A stretch of 64,000 bases of DNA from Bacteroidota bacterium. Lineage in GTDB: Bacteria; Bacteroidota; Ignavibacteria; UBA10030; UBA8401. The notes under the pieces are model-generated. The model did no database searches and was not told the origin of the DNA. It was given only the letters and a program-made list of their open reading frames with translations. The position numbers and the translations under genes are program-made. The DNA lies in the NCBI GenBank assembly GCA_005792285.1, contig SXSI01000050.1:4297-68296 (forward strand), in the 5' to 3' direction. The number at the start of each line of letters is the position of its first letter. The first letter of the stretch is position 1. Positions 9,290 to 19,531 of the stretch are shown here, piece by piece.

Positions 9290-11779
9290 ATGAAAAATCT
9301 GTACAGACTAAATAATTTATTAATACTGGTTTTTTTGCTATTTGTGAATGTTTTTACAGAAGAAAAATCAAGCGTTATAAAAAAGTCACGAAATGAAATT
9401 AGTCTTTCAGGAATTTGGAAAGTAACTTCTATAAATGGGGATTCAAAAGAAATAAAACTTCCTTCATCGAATCATGTTAAAGGGAAATTTATTTATGAGA
9501 GAGAAATAAATTATTTCTTCAATAATTCAAATAGTTATTCATTGGACTTACAAGGAGTTAATTATCAATGCGATGTTTTTATAAATGAAAAATTTATAGG
9601 AGTTGCAGAAGGATATTATTCGAACTCTATAATTGAGATTCCAACTAATTTATTATTAAATAATAAGCCGAATAAAATTAAATTTATAATTTCTAATGAG
9701 TTTAATGAGCAATCAATTCCTGAGCATGATTTGTACAACAGCATTAAAAATTTTAATGGTGTAACAAGAAAAATTGCAATTATAGAGACTCCCGGAATTT
9801 GGTTAGACGATCCAGTAATAAAAATTCAATCATTGAGAAAAGATAAAGCCGAATTGTTAGTTAGCATACATATAAATAAATTAAAAAATATTACAAAAAA
9901 TAAAACCCAACTCTCATTGTTAGTTGAGGATTCTTTAAATAGCGAACCTATTTTTGATGAAGAAGTCAATTTTATTTTAGCAGATTCTATAATTTCGTTC
10001 AAAGTAATTGTCAACAATCCAAAATTATGGGAATTAAATTATCCATTTCGATATTCATTTTCGCTTAAGCTGAATTACGAAACCGACTCTTTAACTGTTA
10101 ATGATGAATTAAATATTTTATTTGGTATAAAAGAATTTAAAATAGCTGGTAAAAATTTTATTCTAAATAACCAACCGATAATTGTAAAGGGAATAACTTA
10201 TCATCAATTATCACAAAATTCAGATTTAGATATTACAAATGAACAACTAAGTGAGGATGTCAAGTGGATTAAGGAAGTTGGGTTCAATACTATTCAAACT
10301 GAATATGTTACTCCTTCTAATGAACTGATTGCACTTTGTAATAGATATGGTTTATTGTTGTTTCACGCATTGCCATTAACAGATATACCTTCAAAATATT
10401 TTTCTCAAAAACAATTTGAAGATGAATTATTTAGAACTGTTCAACACAATAATAAAATAAACTATCTGCAAAATTATATTTCAATGTTTATGATTGGGTC
10501 CGGGATAACATTTGAAAATAATATCATTGCAAAACAAATGGATAGAATATCAGTTGAAACAGGAGATAAAGTAGGATTGATATTAAATAGAAACGAAGCC
10601 AATAGTTTAAATTCGAGAACGCCAATATTTGTTAATTATTCTAAGAAAGATACGGCTGGTTTAATTAATGAAATAGATAGATTTAAATCAGTAAATAGTT
10701 CTCCTTTTTTACTTTATGGAATTGGCTTTTCCGCGGTATGGAATGATCATAATGGATATTTATCAAAACATTCTGAGGAATATCAGGCAAAAAATTTACA
10801 GGATGTTATATATAAATTAAATAAAATGTCGACTAGTTTTATTCTTAAAAGTTTTTCGGATTATGAAATGGAATATCCAACAACATTATCATCTGAAAAA
10901 TTTCTTAAATATAATTTGTCGGGATTGTTGACCTCAGATAGAAAAGAGAAAATTGGTGGACAAATAATTAGAAATATTTTATCGAAACAGCCAAAAACAA
11001 ATTTATCTAAAGGTTCTTCTCCAACATTCGCAACTTTATTTTATACAATCTTAAGTGTAATTGGTTTAATTGCTGTTGCTTGGTTATTAAGTGTTAATCA
11101 GAGAATGTACACTCAATTAAGTCGCTCGCTCTTTCATCTTAAAAATTATTTAGATGATATCTTGAATGGAGAATTCACTTCACTCTCACATTCATTAATA
11201 ATTCTTTTTATAATTACATTTCCAATGGCGATACTTGTTTCATCTTTAATTAGTCATCTTCTCGGAACAGAAATCTTTGATAAATTTTATCACATTGGAG
11301 TTGCAACTATAGACAGCCGACTCTCTGGGATTTCTACATTTAATAATCCAATTGAGTTATTTTTGACAATTTGGATTAAAATAATATTACTCATGCTTTT
11401 GTCCGCCATTTTCACTTTTATTATTTACAAACTATTACGAACACGAATATCCTTCATAAAAAATTTTACAATTAATTCTTGGATTAGAACACCAACAATT
11501 TATTTATTAATTTTAGCAACATTTATGCCACGACTTTATGATTCAACTATTTATGTTGTAATTACGATCTCAATAATAATATTTTTGATAATATGGAATG
11601 AAGTAAGAATAGTTCGATCAATTAGTATTTTAAGTGAAAAGCCAATTATTAAAATTCTTCAATGGTATTCTGTTATTGCAATTGTTTATCTCTCGGGATT
11701 TTATTTTTATAATCCACAAATAGTAAATACTTCAATTAGAATTGCTCACTTCTTAGTTAATATTTACCCTTATTATTAA
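9290..11779 (+). CDS. GH2-fold protein (sugar-binding, Ig and TIM-barrel domains) with a C-terminal multi-pass membrane domain; catalytic residues look degenerate
   Basis: LQGVNYQCDVFINEKFIG, FGIKEFKIAGKNFILNNQPIIVKGITYH, GFNTIQT and LCNRYGLL match the GH2 layout; about 5-6 hydrophobic helices after aa ~580. Confidence 0.7.
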   Translation: MKNLYRLNNLLILVFLLFVNVFTEEKSSVIKKSRNEISLSGIWKVTSINGDSKEIKLPSSNHVKGKFIYEREINYFFNNSNSYSLDLQGVNYQCDVFINEKFIGVAEGYYSNSIIEIPTNLLLNNKPNKIKFIISNEFNEQSIPEHDLYNSIKNFNGVTRKIAIIETPGIWLDDPVIKIQSLRKDKAELLVSIHINKLKNITKNKTQLSLLVEDSLNSEPIFDEEVNFILADSIISFKVIVNNPKLWELNYPFRYSFSLKLNYETDSLTVNDELNILFGIKEFKIAGKNFILNNQPIIVKGITYHQLSQNSDLDITNEQLSEDVKWIKEVGFNTIQTEYVTPSNELIALCNRYGLLLFHALPLTDIPSKYFSQKQFEDELFRTVQHNNKINYLQNYISMFMIGSGITFENNIIAKQMDRISVETGDKVGLILNRNEANSLNSRTPIFVNYSKKDTAGLINEIDRFKSVNSSPFLLYGIGFSAVWNDHNGYLSKHSEEYQAKNLQDVIYKLNKMSTSFILKSFSDYEMEYPTTLSSEKFLKYNLSGLLTSDRKEKIGGQIIRNILSKQPKTNLSKGSSPTFATLFYTILSVIGLIAVAWLLSVNQRMYTQLSRSLFHLKNYLDDILNGEFTSLSHSLIILFIITFPMAILVSSLISHLLGTEIFDKFYHIGVATIDSRLSGISTFNNPIELFLTIWIKIILLMLLSAIFTFIIYKLLRTRISFIKNFTINSWIRTPTIYLLILATFMPRLYDSTIYVVITISIIIFLIIWNEVRIVRSISILSEKPIIKILQWYSVIAIVYLSGFYFYNPQIVNTSIRIAHFLVNIYPYY

Positions 11780-11781
11780 AA

Positions 11782-14700
11782 ATGTATCTCTCCAAAATTG
11801 ATATCGTCGGCTTTAAGTCGTTTGCAAATAAAATTCATTTAAAATTTGATACAGGAATAACTGCGATCGTTGGACCAAACGGATGTGGTAAAACAAACGT
11901 AGTTGATGCAATTCGTTGGGTTTTGGGGGAACAAAAACCTACGACTTTAAGAAGTGATAAAATGGAAGATGTTATTTTTAATGGAACTAAAAACAGAAAA
12001 CCAATCTCATTTGCAGATGTTTCGTTAACTATTGAAAATACAAAAGGGATTTTGCCAATTGAATATTCTGAAGTTAAAATTACAAGAAGAGTTTATCGTT
12101 CGGGCGATAGTGAGTATTTGTTAAATGATACAGTTTGTCGGTTAAAAGATATCAGAGATTTATTTATGGATACGGGAATGGGATCTGATGCATATTCTGT
12201 TATTGAATTAAAAATGGTTGAAACAATTCTAAGTGATCGAACAGATGATCGTAGAAGATTATTTGAAGAAGCAGCTGGTGTAACTAAATATAAACAGCGC
12301 AGAAAAGAAGCAATCAGAAAACTTGAAACAACCCAAATCGATTTAGTTAGAGTTAATGATATTGTAAAAGAAATTCAGAAAGCTGTTAATTCATTAGAAA
12401 GACAAGCGAAAAAAGCTGAACAATACAATGAAATTTCAAAATCTTTACGCGAAATTGAAATAGAAGTAATTCAACGAGAATTTACATCCTTCCAAAATAA
12501 AATTATACCTCTCCAAAATGAACTTTCAGGAACTCTAACTCAAAAAAATAAAATCGATTCAACTTTATCTCAACAAGAAGCATTGCTCGATGTTATGAGG
12601 GGAGAGTTGACACAATTGGAAAGTAAAACTTTACTTTCTTCCGAAGAAATTCAAAGATTGCAAGAACACCTCAATAATCTTCAGAAACAACAGCTTTCTG
12701 CTACTGAGAGAAAAACTTTTCTTAATTCATCTATTAAAAGATATGAAAAAGATAAAGTTGAATTAACAGAGCAACTTTCAAAAATAGAAATAACTCTTGA
12801 AGCAATTCAAAACTCAATTTCAACTCTGGAAAATGAAAAATTAGAATCTGAAAATAGTTATAAAATTAAAAAAAGCGAATATGACGTTTTTGCAAAACAA
12901 CTTGAAGTTAAAAGAAGTGAATTAAATGCAGCGCAGAATAATGTAATTAAATTGATTGAAAAAATATCTTTAAAACGTCAGGAACTTGAACGTTTAAAAA
13001 CCAGAATTGAAAATTTGCAAGGTAGAATTCAACTTGCAGAAGAAGAAAATCAATCTTATGAAAATACAATTACTGCAAACCGTAATTTGATTGCAGAATT
13101 AACATCTCAAGATAAAGAGTTTCGACAGCAATTTGCAGAGCAACAAGTAACATTTAATCAAAGTGAAAATAAATTTGAGAAATATCAGATTGAAATCTCT
13201 GAGAGTAGACAACAACATGTAAATTTAGTTGGTAAGTTAGAGAGAGTTCGATCGAGAGCTGAATTTCTTCAAAAATTAATTGAGGATAATGAAGGACTTT
13301 CTGAAGGATCAAGACATTTACTTCACAATTCGGATTGGCATAATAAAATCCCAACAACCGTTATAAATGCAATTTCAACTTCACCGAAATACAGACATGC
13401 AATTGAAACCGCAATTGGCTCTATGGCTGGTTATTTAATTGTTGATTCAGTTTCTGATGCAATTTCTGCCGGAGAATATTTGAAAAAAGAAAAAAAAGGG
13501 AAAGCTACTTTTATTTGTTTAGATAGAATCCCAAATAATAAATTTGACAATAAATCCATTTCAGAAAAAGGTGCGATTAATTATGCTATTGAGTTGATAA
13601 CTGTTAATGAAAAATATTTTTCGTTATTAAAATTATTATTGGGAGATACATTAATAGTAGAGACAATCGAACAAGCACAAAAAATATTAGCAAATCAAAA
13701 TATTTCGCAATGTGTAACAATCGATGGTGAAGTAATTACAAAAAATGGACTTTATAAATTAGGAAGTCAACGAAAAGATGAAGGAAGTTTTATTGACAAA
13801 AAGAATCAATTAGATGAAGTTCTTTTGGAAGTTAAAAGTATTGACAAAGAAATTCATAAAATTGAACAATTAATTTCTTCAAGAGAAGCTGAAATAAAAC
13901 AAATCGATCTTAAGCAACTTAGAGAAATTGTAAAAGAAACAGAACTAAAAATGACTTCTGTGGAAATGAAAATAGCCCAAGTAGAATATGAGAGAAAAAG
14001 AATTGAAGAGGCGCAAAAAAGGAATATTACTGAAATAAAAAAACAGAATTCTGAGATTTCAGAACTTCAAAAAGAATATGAAATAATTATTCCAAAAATT
14101 ACAGAATTGGAATCAGAAAGATCCGAAGTTGATCAACAAGCCGGTGCAGTTCGAAGTGAATTGGATTCATTAGAAGTAATTGCTTCAGAGATGAATCGCA
14201 ATGTTGAAAATGCAAAAATAATTTTGCTTCAAGCTGAAAATAAACTGACAACTGTTCAAAGAGAAATAGAATTTAATAAATCTTCTTCGGACACAATAAA
14301 GTTAACTTTAAACCAGAGAGAAATTGATATTACTGAAGGTATAAAAGAAATTCAACTTAAAGATGAACAGCTTATTACAATTGAATCAGCACTTACTTTG
14401 CAACAAGAAGAATTTATGATTGTAGCAGAAGAAAAAAAGCAACTTGATAAGCAATACGTTTCAAAAAGAAATAAAATGCATGAAGTAGAATTAACATTAA
14501 AAGATGAAAGACGACTTCATGAATCATCATTAACTCTTTCGTATGAATTAGAACTAAAAATTGCAGAATTAAAATTAAAATCAGAAAACCTTAGAGAGCG
14601 CGCAAAGGAAGATTTTGAGTTGATATTAGAAATAAAAATATATCCATCGGATGATAATTACAGCATTAAAGATGAAAGCAAAAAAATATCCGAGATGAAA

Positions 14701-15333
14701 GAAAAAATTAAATCTCTCGGAGCAATTAATTTTGCTGCTTTTGATGAATACTCTTCTGAAAAAGAACGACTCGATTTTATATTTACACAGCATCATGATT
14801 TACAGGAATCTGAAAAAACATTATTGCAAACAATTGATGAGATAAATACAACAGCTCAACAGAAATTTTTATCAACTTTCCAAGTAATTAGAGATAATTT
14901 TATTTTAACTTTTAAAGGGTTATTTGATGAAGGTGATGAATGCGATTTACGATTAGAAAAAGATATCGATCCTTTAGAAGCCAAAATTGAAATTGTAGCA
15001 AAACCGAGAGGAAAGAGACCAACTTCAATTGATTTATTGTCAGGTGGTGAAAAAACGCTGACAGCAATTGCACTTTTATTTGCAATTTATTTAGTGAAGC
15101 CAAGTCCATTTTGTATTTTAGACGAAGTCGATGCTCCACTTGATGATGCAAATATTGATAGGTTTTCTAAAATCATAAAAAAATTTAGTGAGAATACACA
15201 ATTTATAATTGTAACTCATAACAAGCGAACTATGGAATGCGCAAATGCGATGTACGGAATTACAATGGAGGAAGATGGAGTTTCGAAACTTGTTTCTGTT
15301 AAGTTTGAAAAGGAAACAACAAAAGTAAATTGA
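11782..15333 (+). CDS. smc: chromosome segregation protein SMC
   Basis: Walker A GPNGCGKTN, long coiled coils, hinge GKATFI, LSGGE, Walker B ILDEVDAPLD. Confidence 0.97.
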   Translation: MYLSKIDIVGFKSFANKIHLKFDTGITAIVGPNGCGKTNVVDAIRWVLGEQKPTTLRSDKMEDVIFNGTKNRKPISFADVSLTIENTKGILPIEYSEVKITRRVYRSGDSEYLLNDTVCRLKDIRDLFMDTGMGSDAYSVIELKMVETILSDRTDDRRRLFEEAAGVTKYKQRRKEAIRKLETTQIDLVRVNDIVKEIQKAVNSLERQAKKAEQYNEISKSLREIEIEVIQREFTSFQNKIIPLQNELSGTLTQKNKIDSTLSQQEALLDVMRGELTQLESKTLLSSEEIQRLQEHLNNLQKQQLSATERKTFLNSSIKRYEKDKVELTEQLSKIEITLEAIQNSISTLENEKLESENSYKIKKSEYDVFAKQLEVKRSELNAAQNNVIKLIEKISLKRQELERLKTRIENLQGRIQLAEEENQSYENTITANRNLIAELTSQDKEFRQQFAEQQVTFNQSENKFEKYQIEISESRQQHVNLVGKLERVRSRAEFLQKLIEDNEGLSEGSRHLLHNSDWHNKIPTTVINAISTSPKYRHAIETAIGSMAGYLIVDSVSDAISAGEYLKKEKKGKATFICLDRIPNNKFDNKSISEKGAINYAIELITVNEKYFSLLKLLLGDTLIVETIEQAQKILANQNISQCVTIDGEVITKNGLYKLGSQRKDEGSFIDKKNQLDEVLLEVKSIDKEIHKIEQLISSREAEIKQIDLKQLREIVKETELKMTSVEMKIAQVEYERKRIEEAQKRNITEIKKQNSEISELQKEYEIIIPKITELESERSEVDQQAGAVRSELDSLEVIASEMNRNVENAKIILLQAENKLTTVQREIEFNKSSSDTIKLTLNQREIDITEGIKEIQLKDEQLITIESALTLQQEEFMIVAEEKKQLDKQYVSKRNKMHEVELTLKDERRLHESSLTLSYELELKIAELKLKSENLRERAKEDFELILEIKIYPSDDNYSIKDESKKISEMKEKIKSLGAINFAAFDEYSSEKERLDFIFTQHHDLQESEKTLLQTIDEINTTAQQKFLSTFQVIRDNFILTFKGLFDEGDECDLRLEKDIDPLEAKIEIVAKPRGKRPTSIDLLSGGEKTLTAIALLFAIYLVKPSPFCILDEVDAPLDDANIDRFSKIIKKFSENTQFIIVTHNKRTMECANAMYGITMEEDGVSKLVSVKFEKETTKVN

Positions 15334-16046
15334 AGCCGAACTCGAAATATATAATTTTCACTGATTTCGATGGAACAATTAGTAATGGCGATGTATGTGA
15401 TAATTTATTTAGTGAATACAGTGATTATACAAAAGTAAATGAGTTGTATAATGAAATGTTAAATCATAAAATTACAGCCACCGATTTTTGGAATAAGAGT
15501 TTTGAACTCCTTGTAAATATTAATCCAAATAATTTAAATGATTTTGTAAGCAAACAATCAATCGACGGTTCATTTGTAAAATTTAATTCATTTTGTAAAG
15601 AGAATAATGTACCATTAATAATTTTAAGTGATGGAATGTCTTTTTATATAAAACAAATTTTGGAAAAATATAAAATTTCACTTCCATATTATTCCAACAG
15701 CTGTGAAATAATTAACAACCGATTAATTCCAAATTTTCCGTTCACTGATTCTGATTGTACTTCATGTGCAAACTGTAAAAGAAATCATATGTTAACAAAA
15801 TCATCGGATGATCAAATTATTATTTTAATTGGAAATGGAAAATCGGATATGTGTCCCGCTCATTATGCCGATATTGTTTTTGCTAAAGATGATTTACTAA
15901 AATATTGTGAATCTAAAAATATTACTTATTATTCATTTCAATCCTTTTTAGATATTGAAAATCAAATGAAGAATATTATCACTCGTAAACCAAAACATCG
16001 ACAAACAGCGTTACATGCAAGACGCGATGTTTTTATTTCTGAATAA
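15330..16046 (+). CDS. MtnX-like HAD-IB phosphatase
   Basis: DFDGT, ILSDG, CTSCANCK, IGNGKSDMCPA..ADIVFAK. Confidence 0.8.
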   Translation: MKPNSKYIIFTDFDGTISNGDVCDNLFSEYSDYTKVNELYNEMLNHKITATDFWNKSFELLVNINPNNLNDFVSKQSIDGSFVKFNSFCKENNVPLIILSDGMSFYIKQILEKYKISLPYYSNSCEIINNRLIPNFPFTDSDCTSCANCKRNHMLTKSSDDQIIILIGNGKSDMCPAHYADIVFAKDDLLKYCESKNITYYSFQSFLDIENQMKNIITRKPKHRQTALHARRDVFISE

Positions 16047-16048
16047 AT

Positions 16049-16621
16049 ATGAATTACCGACAATATTGGTTTTCTATTAGAAGTTATGTGCCGATTCCAT
16101 TTTTTCTTTTAGGAATTTATCTCGCATCTCCAACATTCACTTCTATTTTAATCGGAATTATATTAATAATAATAGGTGAATCCATTAGACTTTGGGGAGT
16201 TTCAGTTGCTGGAAGTGAAACTCGAACAACTGGACCAGTTGGTGGAACTCATCTTTTTACAGATGGGCCTTTTGGACACGTTCGTAATCCACTTTATCTC
16301 GGAAATATTTTAATTTACATTGGAAGTATGTACGCTGCAAATTGGTGGATGCCATGGCTGCCAATTTTTACAGGAATATTTTTTCTAATTCAATACAGAA
16401 TATTTATTTCAATTGAAGAAGAATATTTACAAAAAACTTTTAGTTCAGAATTCGATGAATATTGTAAACACGTTTCGAGATTAATTCCAAGAATAATTAA
16501 ATATAAAGGAACACATTCATTTCATCGCGAGCCAGATTTAAAAAGAGGAATCGAATCAGAAAAAAGAACTTTACAAATTATAATTATATTTTTATTAATT
16601 ATGTTTATAAAACTAAAGTAG
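16049..16621 (+). CDS. isoprenylcysteine carboxylmethyltransferase / PEMT family membrane methyltransferase
   Basis: LFTDGPFGHVRNPLYLG, EEEYL...F...F.EYC..VSR; hydrophobic helices. Confidence 0.8.
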   Translation: MNYRQYWFSIRSYVPIPFFLLGIYLASPTFTSILIGIILIIIGESIRLWGVSVAGSETRTTGPVGGTHLFTDGPFGHVRNPLYLGNILIYIGSMYAANWWMPWLPIFTGIFFLIQYRIFISIEEEYLQKTFSSEFDEYCKHVSRLIPRIIKYKGTHSFHREPDLKRGIESEKRTLQIIIIFLLIMFIKLK

Positions 16622-16628
16622 TAATATC

Positions 16629-17753
16629 ATGAAACGAATCATGATAATTACTGGCGAAGCATCTGGGGATATTCATGGTGCTGAGGTTGTTCGAGAATTA
16701 AAAACGCAAAATCCACATTTGGATATTTTTGGTGTTGGTGGAAATAATATGCAAACCGCTGGGATGGAATTAATTCAACACATTGATACAATTTCGTTAA
16801 TGGGGTTTTCAGAAGTTATAAGACATCTTCACAAATTTATTTTACTTAAAAGAAAAATAATCAATTTATTAATTAATAGAAGACCAGATATTGTTTTATT
16901 AATTGATTATCCTGGTTTCAATATTAAAATTGCGAATGAAGCAAAAAAATTAAATATCAAGGTTGCATATTATATTGCTCCTCAACTATGGGCTTGGAAA
17001 CCGAAAAGAATAAATGTCCTCAAAAGAGTGGTTGCAAAAATGTTTGTCATTTTTCATTTTGAAGAAAAAATATTTCAAGAAAAAGGAATTCTAGTTGAAT
17101 TTGTTGGACATCCGTTGTTAGATGAATTACCAAAAAGATTTGATAAGGAATTATTTTACAGAAATTATGGGCTAACAATTGACCGACCAATTATTACACT
17201 TCTTCCCGGAAGCAGGGAAAATGAAATTGATAATATGTTTCCAGTTATGCTCGAAACAATAAAGGAATTTTTAAAAACACATTCAGCTCATATAATAGTT
17301 GGAGTTGCACCGACAATAAATATTGATAAATTACGTGAAATGAGCAGTGGTTTAGCAGGATTGCATTTCATTCAAGGGGATTCGCATTCTGTAATTCAAG
17401 TTGCAGACGCAGTAATTGTAACTTCAGGGACTGCTACTTTGGAAACTGCATATTTTGGAAAACCAATGATAGTACTTTACAAGGTATCACAAATTACATA
17501 TCGGATCGCAAAAATATTTGTAAAAATTCCATATATCTCTTTAGTAAATATTATACTTGGCAAAGAAGTAGTGAAGGAAATATTGCAAGATAAGTTACAG
17601 CCCAAAATAATTTTAGAAGAATTAATAAGAATTATAGATGATAAAAATTATAATTCTGAAATGAGAGAAAATTTAATAAAAACAAAATTAATTTTAGGTG
17701 AACCGGGAGCTGCTAAAAAAGTAGCAAATGGCTTACTTCAATTGGTTAAGTAA
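16629..17753 (+). CDS. lpxB: lipid-A-disaccharide synthase
   Basis: GEASGDIHG, IDYPGFN, YYIAPQLWAW, FVGHPL, LLPGSRENE, SGTATLE. Confidence 0.96.
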   Translation: MKRIMIITGEASGDIHGAEVVRELKTQNPHLDIFGVGGNNMQTAGMELIQHIDTISLMGFSEVIRHLHKFILLKRKIINLLINRRPDIVLLIDYPGFNIKIANEAKKLNIKVAYYIAPQLWAWKPKRINVLKRVVAKMFVIFHFEEKIFQEKGILVEFVGHPLLDELPKRFDKELFYRNYGLTIDRPIITLLPGSRENEIDNMFPVMLETIKEFLKTHSAHIIVGVAPTINIDKLREMSSGLAGLHFIQGDSHSVIQVADAVIVTSGTATLETAYFGKPMIVLYKVSQITYRIAKIFVKIPYISLVNIILGKEVVKEILQDKLQPKIILEELIRIIDDKNYNSEMRENLIKTKLILGEPGAAKKVANGLLQLVK

Positions 17754-17760
17754 TTTCTAA

Positions 17761-18807
17761 ATGAAAGAACTATTATTTATTTTTCTTTATCCATTATCAA
17801 AATTATATTGGATAATAATTTCTATTCGTAATTTATTATTTGAAATTGGAATTTTTAAAATAACAAAAGTTTCAGTTCCGGTTATTTCGGTTGGCAATAT
17901 TACTATCGGCGGAAATGGTAAAACTCCAACTGTAGAATCAATTATTTCAATTCTATTAAAGAAAAAAATTAAAGTTGCTGTAATTAGCAGAGGTTATAAA
18001 AGAAAAACATCCGGACTTAAAATAGTAAGTGATGGAAATTCCATTTTATGTTCAAGGGAAGAAGCAGGCGATGAAGCAATTCAAATATCAAATAAATTTC
18101 CATCAGTAATTGTCATAGTCGATGAAAAAAGAGTTCGCGCTGCAAATTACGCAATTAATAATTTTGGTATAAAAGTTATAATTCTCGATGATGGATTTCA
18201 GCATCGATGGATTTATAGAGATCTGAATTTAGTTATTTTTAATGAATCCACACTAAAAGAAAAAAAAGATTTAATTCCTGTAGGAAATTATCGAGAGCCG
18301 ATGAAATCTTTGTCTCGTTCTGATGCAGCAGTTATTTATTCCAACCAAAATAATTTTTTGAATTTAGATCAATATTGGGAAGATATACTGCCTACAAAAA
18401 AGATACATTGCAGATTACAAATCGATAAAATAGAAAATACAGCTGATAAACATTCGCTAAAAATAAATAAGCTAAAGAGGCAAAATGTCCTTATATTTTC
18501 AGGAATTGCTAAACCAGAACGATTTAATTCTTTGTTGCGTGAAGAAGGAATTTTGCCAAATCTCCATTATTTCTTTCCCGATCACCATTGGTACACAAAA
18601 AAAGATAATGAGCTGATTATGAGTAAGATTAAAAATTATAATATTAAAACTGTATTGACGACCGAGAAAGATTATTCCAGAATGTCCACAGAATTTTGCA
18701 ACCAATTATCTGAATGTGTTACTTTTGGAATTGTTTCAGTTTCGACTGTTTTTGAAAATGAATTAGAATGGGAAAAATTAATTATTTCAACATTTGATAA
18801 GTATTAA
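17761..18807 (+). CDS. lpxK: tetraacyldisaccharide 4'-kinase
   Basis: VISVGNITIGGNGKTP, SRGYKR, GDEA, LDDGFQH, FPDHH, TTEKD. Confidence 0.95.
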   Translation: MKELLFIFLYPLSKLYWIIISIRNLLFEIGIFKITKVSVPVISVGNITIGGNGKTPTVESIISILLKKKIKVAVISRGYKRKTSGLKIVSDGNSILCSREEAGDEAIQISNKFPSVIVIVDEKRVRAANYAINNFGIKVIILDDGFQHRWIYRDLNLVIFNESTLKEKKDLIPVGNYREPMKSLSRSDAAVIYSNQNNFLNLDQYWEDILPTKKIHCRLQIDKIENTADKHSLKINKLKRQNVLIFSGIAKPERFNSLLREEGILPNLHYFFPDHHWYTKKDNELIMSKIKNYNIKTVLTTEKDYSRMSTEFCNQLSECVTFGIVSVSTVFENELEWEKLIISTFDKY

Positions 18808-19531
18808 AATGATAAAAATTGGAATTACAAATAATTATGGAAGTGAAGCGAAATTCAAAAATTATTTTGATTGGATTTCTAAAATAGATTCTACTGTTAA
18901 ATTAGAAACAATTAATATTGAAACGGATTTACAAGCGGCAAAATATGATGGAATTATTTTATCCGGTGGACATGATGTTGATCCCTTGAAATATGGAGGA
19001 AATAAAAATCATCCTAAACTTGGCGAAATATATTCCGAAAGAGATGAATTTGAATTGAAAATTATTGAATGTGCAATGAATGAAAAAATTCCAATACTCG
19101 GCATTTGTCGTGGACTTCAAATTGGAAACGTATTTTTCAATGGAACATTGCATGAAGATTTAGTTCATGAAGGTTTTAAAGTTGATCATAAAAATAATCA
19201 TGCAATAAAAATTAATTCACAAACATTATTGAGCCAAATTGTAGATTGTGAAAATGCACAAATTAATTCTGCTCATCACCAAGGAATAAAAAAATTAGGA
19301 GAAGGGTTAATGATTTCCGCTACATCTCCCGATGGTGTTATTGAAGCTGTTGAACTTGAAAATAAAAATTTAAATCTATTTTTTCTTTTAGTGCAGTGGC
19401 ATCCCGAAAGAATAAATGATGAAACAAATCGATGCTCAAATTCAATTGGTAAAACATTTATAAAAGCTGCTAAAGAAAATTATTCAAAAAAATATTATTT
19501 AATGAAAGAGGAACAAAATGAAGTTAATTGA
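18794..19531 (+). CDS. peptidase C26 / gamma-glutamyl-gamma-aminobutyrate hydrolase family (class I glutamine amidotransferase fold)
   Basis: SGGHDVDP, GICRGLQ, NSAHHQ, VQWHPE. Confidence 0.85.
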   Translation: MISIKMIKIGITNNYGSEAKFKNYFDWISKIDSTVKLETINIETDLQAAKYDGIILSGGHDVDPLKYGGNKNHPKLGEIYSERDEFELKIIECAMNEKIPILGICRGLQIGNVFFNGTLHEDLVHEGFKVDHKNNHAIKINSQTLLSQIVDCENAQINSAHHQGIKKLGEGLMISATSPDGVIEAVELENKNLNLFFLLVQWHPERINDETNRCSNSIGKTFIKAAKENYSKKYYLMKEEQNEVN

